From positions 143,222,001 to 143,286,000 of the forward strand of contig NC_058368.1 in NCBI RefSeq assembly GCF_018350175.1: 64,000 bases of DNA, in the 5' to 3' direction. The DNA is from Felis catus (Eukaryota). The position numbers were made by a program, and so were the translations under genes. Positions 60,430-64,000 of the stretch are shown here, piece after piece. The notes beneath the pieces are model-generated. The model was given only the letters and a program-made list of their open reading frames with translations. It was not told the DNA's origin and did not search any database. Every line of letters starts with the position of its first letter. Position 1 is the first letter of the stretch.

Positions 60430-61157
60430 ATACAAGTGGATGAAAAAGACAGTATATATACCCATGTCTGTAATTTCAACTTCTCCTCTGAAAAATATTG
60501 CTTAATACAAGCAGCATTGATTCTTATCGATCTCATCTCTTTTACTCAGCTATTAGGGAGCACAGAAATGACCAAAGGTGTACTATTTATGATGGATGGG
60601 AAAAGGAGAATCAGGCTACAATTACGAGAAGTTCACTGATAAATCTGCTTCTTTTAACAGAGAGTGATAGTGAAATGTCCTAATTTTATGGAATATGGAG
60701 GTATGCTATAAAAACTAAGATTTTAACTATATGCTTTTATTTACAGGTTGAAGACCACTGAATGATCAGCTTTTACAAAGTTTACCTACTCCTGCAATGC
60801 CTGGTCAGTAAGATTTGGAAATTTTATCTCAATTCTTTGCAGGCAGGCTAAAATCTACATAAACACTGCTTATTACATGGAGATTCTTTTGAAATGAAGA
60901 TACTTAATGAGTCCGAAATCTTACAATGCCCCAAAAGCACTCAATTTTTCAATACTTAACAGAGGAAAATCTCTAGGAAAATCTCACTTATTACAAGAAC
61001 ATAATGAATCTTATAAAACAGGGTCAATTTACTGTATAAGCCACAGATCACAAGGCATTACAAAGATGCAACACAAACAAAAAATTGCACATTTCCTTAA
61101 ACTAAAGGTAATCTTTACTAATTGAGATATAAATCTATTTAAAACATCTTATATACA

Positions 61158-61327
61158 GGGGCACCTGGGTAGCTCAGTCGGTTGAACATCTGACTCTTGA
61201 TTTTGGATCAGGTCATGACCTCGAAGTCATGGGACTGAGCCCTGTTGTCAGGCTCCAGCACTGAGAGTGGAACCTGCTTGGGATTCTGTCACTCTCTCTC
61301 TCAATCTGCCTCTTCCCCACCCACGTC

Positions 61328-61367
<40 letters not shown>

Positions 61368-61380
61368 ATAAACATTACAA

Positions 61381-61422
<42 letters not shown>
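61158..61422 (+). mobile_element. CanSINE with (CT)n, followed by (AT)n(AC)n microsatellite
   Basis: ggggcacctgggtagctcagtcgg; (CT)n at about 61332-61364; (AC)16 at 61391-61422. Confidence 0.9.
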
Positions 61423-61426
<4 letters not shown>

Positions 61427-62172
61427 CAAAAAAGTCTTAAGTCACTTAAAATTTCTATCAGGAAAAATTAAATATTTGTAACTCATTTCCCTTACTCTTT
61501 TGTCCAGTGAGTTGAATTCTAAATAACATAACAATCCAGTAAGTAAAAATAAGTATTTCAACTAAACACCAGAGGTCTGAACAAAATAAAAATCATATGG
61601 CAGCAAGGAGGTTAGACCTTTTGAGATTCAATCATCTTTTCACTGAGGCATTTGATCACTTAAAACTAAACTAAGTTTACAAATTATTTATAAAGACAGT
61701 TTCTTTGTTCAATCCTTTAATTGCATGCATAATGTTTCAGGTAATTAGCCTAAACCAACTTTCAGAATCCTTTAATCCCAAAAAAGAAAAGTCACACTAG
61801 TCTGATGTACATTGTGACTTCATTTCAAAATTATTAAATTAATAAACTTTGCTGAACCAAAGTTAAGAGCTCCCCTAAACACTTCCTTTATGTATATATA
61901 TTTTGAAAAGGATTGTTTTTGTGTACACTTGTTTCCTCATGACAGATGTGTAAGTTTGTGGTCAAAGTTTAGTAATTCTGTTCTAGAGACAGGAAATCAA
62001 AAAAAAAAGAAAAAGAAAAGAAAGTTACAAGTGAACTAAATAAAAATAGGATTAATAAGGATGTTTTTAAAAAGGATTAACGTCTACATAACTAATCAAA
62101 ATGACATAACACATCTTGTTTTTGAGAATTACATAATCACATCTTAACATGCTACTCATAATCACTACTTTA

Positions 62173-62387
62173 TTTTTTTTTTAATGTTTATTTATTTTTG
62201 AGAAAGAGAGATAGCACACAAGGGGGGAGGGGCAGAGAGAAAGAGGGAGGGAGACACAGAATCCAAAGCAGGCTCCAGGCTCTGAGCTGTCAGCACAGAG
62301 ACGGACTCAGGGCTCAAACCCACCAACTGTGAGGTCATGACTTGAGTTGATGTTGGACGTTTAACCTACTGAGCCACCCAGACATCC
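62173..62387 (-). mobile_element. CanSINE with 18-bp TSD
   Basis: TSD ctcataatcactacttta at 62155-62172 and 62388-62405. Confidence 0.93.
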
Positions 62388-63384
62388 CTCATAATCACTA
62401 CTTTAGTTCTTATAAAAACCTCAGGTCAGAGCCAAGAACATCATATACTACATCCACTCTGTTTCCCAAATAATCCCACCTCTAGTATTTGCTCCTCCCT
62501 AAAATTAATTTATGCAGATTAAACTTAAAGTAACCAACCCTCACTAGTTTATACATTCCCACTAATTGCTTTGTCTAAATACTCAAGTACCATAATCTTG
62601 ATTCTCCTTTTCTCAATTTCTGCCGTGCTAAATAAGTAACCATTCAAAAAGGGTTTTTTTTTCATTTTTAAAACTGTAGAATAGGATCTAATTTTTAAAA
62701 AGACATTATAAAATATCTTATTTGTAAATCTAAAAAATAATATTCATTTTGGCATGCTAACACACACTGTTATCCCACATAGAGATGTTGCTACTTTTCA
62801 GTCCAGAGTGGATGGCCTTCCCATCCCATTACCACCAAATCCGGAAAAGCAAAGTCCTCCTCCTCCAATTTTTTTTGGTTGTGGGGGGGAGGGGCGTTGG
62901 GGAGGGTAGGCACTCAGATGAGCACTGCCAATCCGACACTGAAGCAAACTGAAGCTGGGAAGTAGGGGGGAAACTGCAGGAGTAGTTTAGGGAGACGGGA
63001 GTAGGAATGGCCTTAAATTTTTTCCAGCACTTTCAAGAGGGTAAATGCACTGGGGCCACGGGAGAGACCCTGAGAGTCCATGTGATTATACCTGCCCCTT
63101 GGACAAGAGAAAAAGGAATGAAGTCACAAGGATAAAATGAAATCAGAACAAAAAAGAATCAGTTACAAGTCTTGACTATAAGGAACAATAGGTTTAGATG
63201 GAGGGAAAAGGACATCTGAAAGAGCCAGGGTCATCTTGTCTATGTATATGTTACCTTGAAAAATACCTAACAAAAAAATGAGTTCTTTCAAATTTTAATG
63301 GGGGGGGGGGGATTATGCCATTAATATATTAAAAAATAAACCTATTCTGATGATATTTCTCATCAGAAATCTGTAAGTATATAA

Positions 63385-63520
63385 GACGAAGGATATTAAC
63401 TTAAACTTACTATGGTAATCATTGCACAGTATACATGTGTATATGTGTTGAATCATTACATTGTGGGCCTTAAAGTAATACAATGCTATATGTCAATTAT
63501 GTTTTAATAAACTGGAAGGG
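63385..63520 (+). mobile_element. L1MA/MB-like 3' end fragment
   Basis: atggtaatcattgcacagtata...aatcattacattg...atacaatgctatatgtcaattat...aataaa. Confidence 0.7.
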
Positions 63521-64000
63521 GAAGAAACATCTATTTGCTTATAAGGCAATATCACTGACAATTCCAAATATTCTTTAATTACTTGCTTGGGGGAACATGT
63601 TCTCACTCTTCCATGCAATTTGTATGTTAGCTGGAAAGTCCTTTTTAAACTTCTACACTCAAGATTTCAAGGCCCATCTGAATGAGCAGCTCAGCAAAGA
63701 ACAAACATATCATGCCAATTCCTATATTTTTACCCCTGCACACGAAATGCCCTAATCCTGAAAAGGTCCCACTGAGACAACTGCATACAACTCATCATCA
63801 TCCCTCCTCTCCCCTCACCCTGGAATTTTCTAGGCCCTGTTCAGCCATCCATTTCCCCTACTAGCTAGGGTTCATTGCTCCAGCTTAGTGTTTCCACAGG
63901 ACCTAACAAACAAAACCAAAATTTCAATGGTTTTTAAAACTAATTTTTCATCCTACTTACCCAACCCTTCATGTAACTACTCTGCTTTAAATCCTTTAGT

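Larger units (their letters stand above)
20347..64000 (-). other. HOMER1: HOMER1 intron 1 (partial, >43.6 kb)
   Basis: No CpG island or first exon seen upstream of exon 2 within the window; repeat-rich. Confidence 0.85.

Noticed and set aside
62780..63100. Possible HOMER1 exon 1 or promoter
   Set aside because: G-rich but CpG-sparse, and no ATG GG|gt first-exon end found; exon 1 is inferred to lie beyond 64000.
1..64000. CRISPR arrays, operons, rRNA or other prokaryotic/viral systems; intact L1 or ERV coding regions
   Set aside because: No regularly spaced repeat-spacer structure and no long ORFs; the window reads as a mammalian gene with decayed repeats.

Overview
Mammalian genomic DNA, AT-rich and CpG-depleted; young Felidae-type CanSINEs (SINEC_Fc-like) and a cat-type L1 3' end point to a felid. 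The whole window lies inside HOMER1 on the minus strand. Coding exons: 2 (20346-20190), 3 (16194-16063), 4 (12568-12476) and 5 (2253-2114), encoding the EVH1 domain and the SPLTP P-motif. Exon 5 also reads through into intron 5 to give the Homer1a tail (RYRFNSTIMIK*, stop 2082-2080), followed by about 2 kb of repeat-free AU-rich Homer1a 3'UTR. Positions 20347-64000 are intron 1, filled with SINEs, L1/L2/MIR fragments, MaLR LTRs and Tigger/hAT fossils; exon 1 and exons 6+ are outside the window. No prokaryotic-type system is present. Best lead: exons 2-5, the known circHomer1 back-splice unit, total 522 nt with matching phase at both ends, so the circle carries a stop-free endless ORF. Other leads are candidate cryptic/poison exons, RFX and MEF2 motifs, and unusual insertion structures. 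Repeat family names are from recalled consensus sequences and repeat boundaries are approximate.
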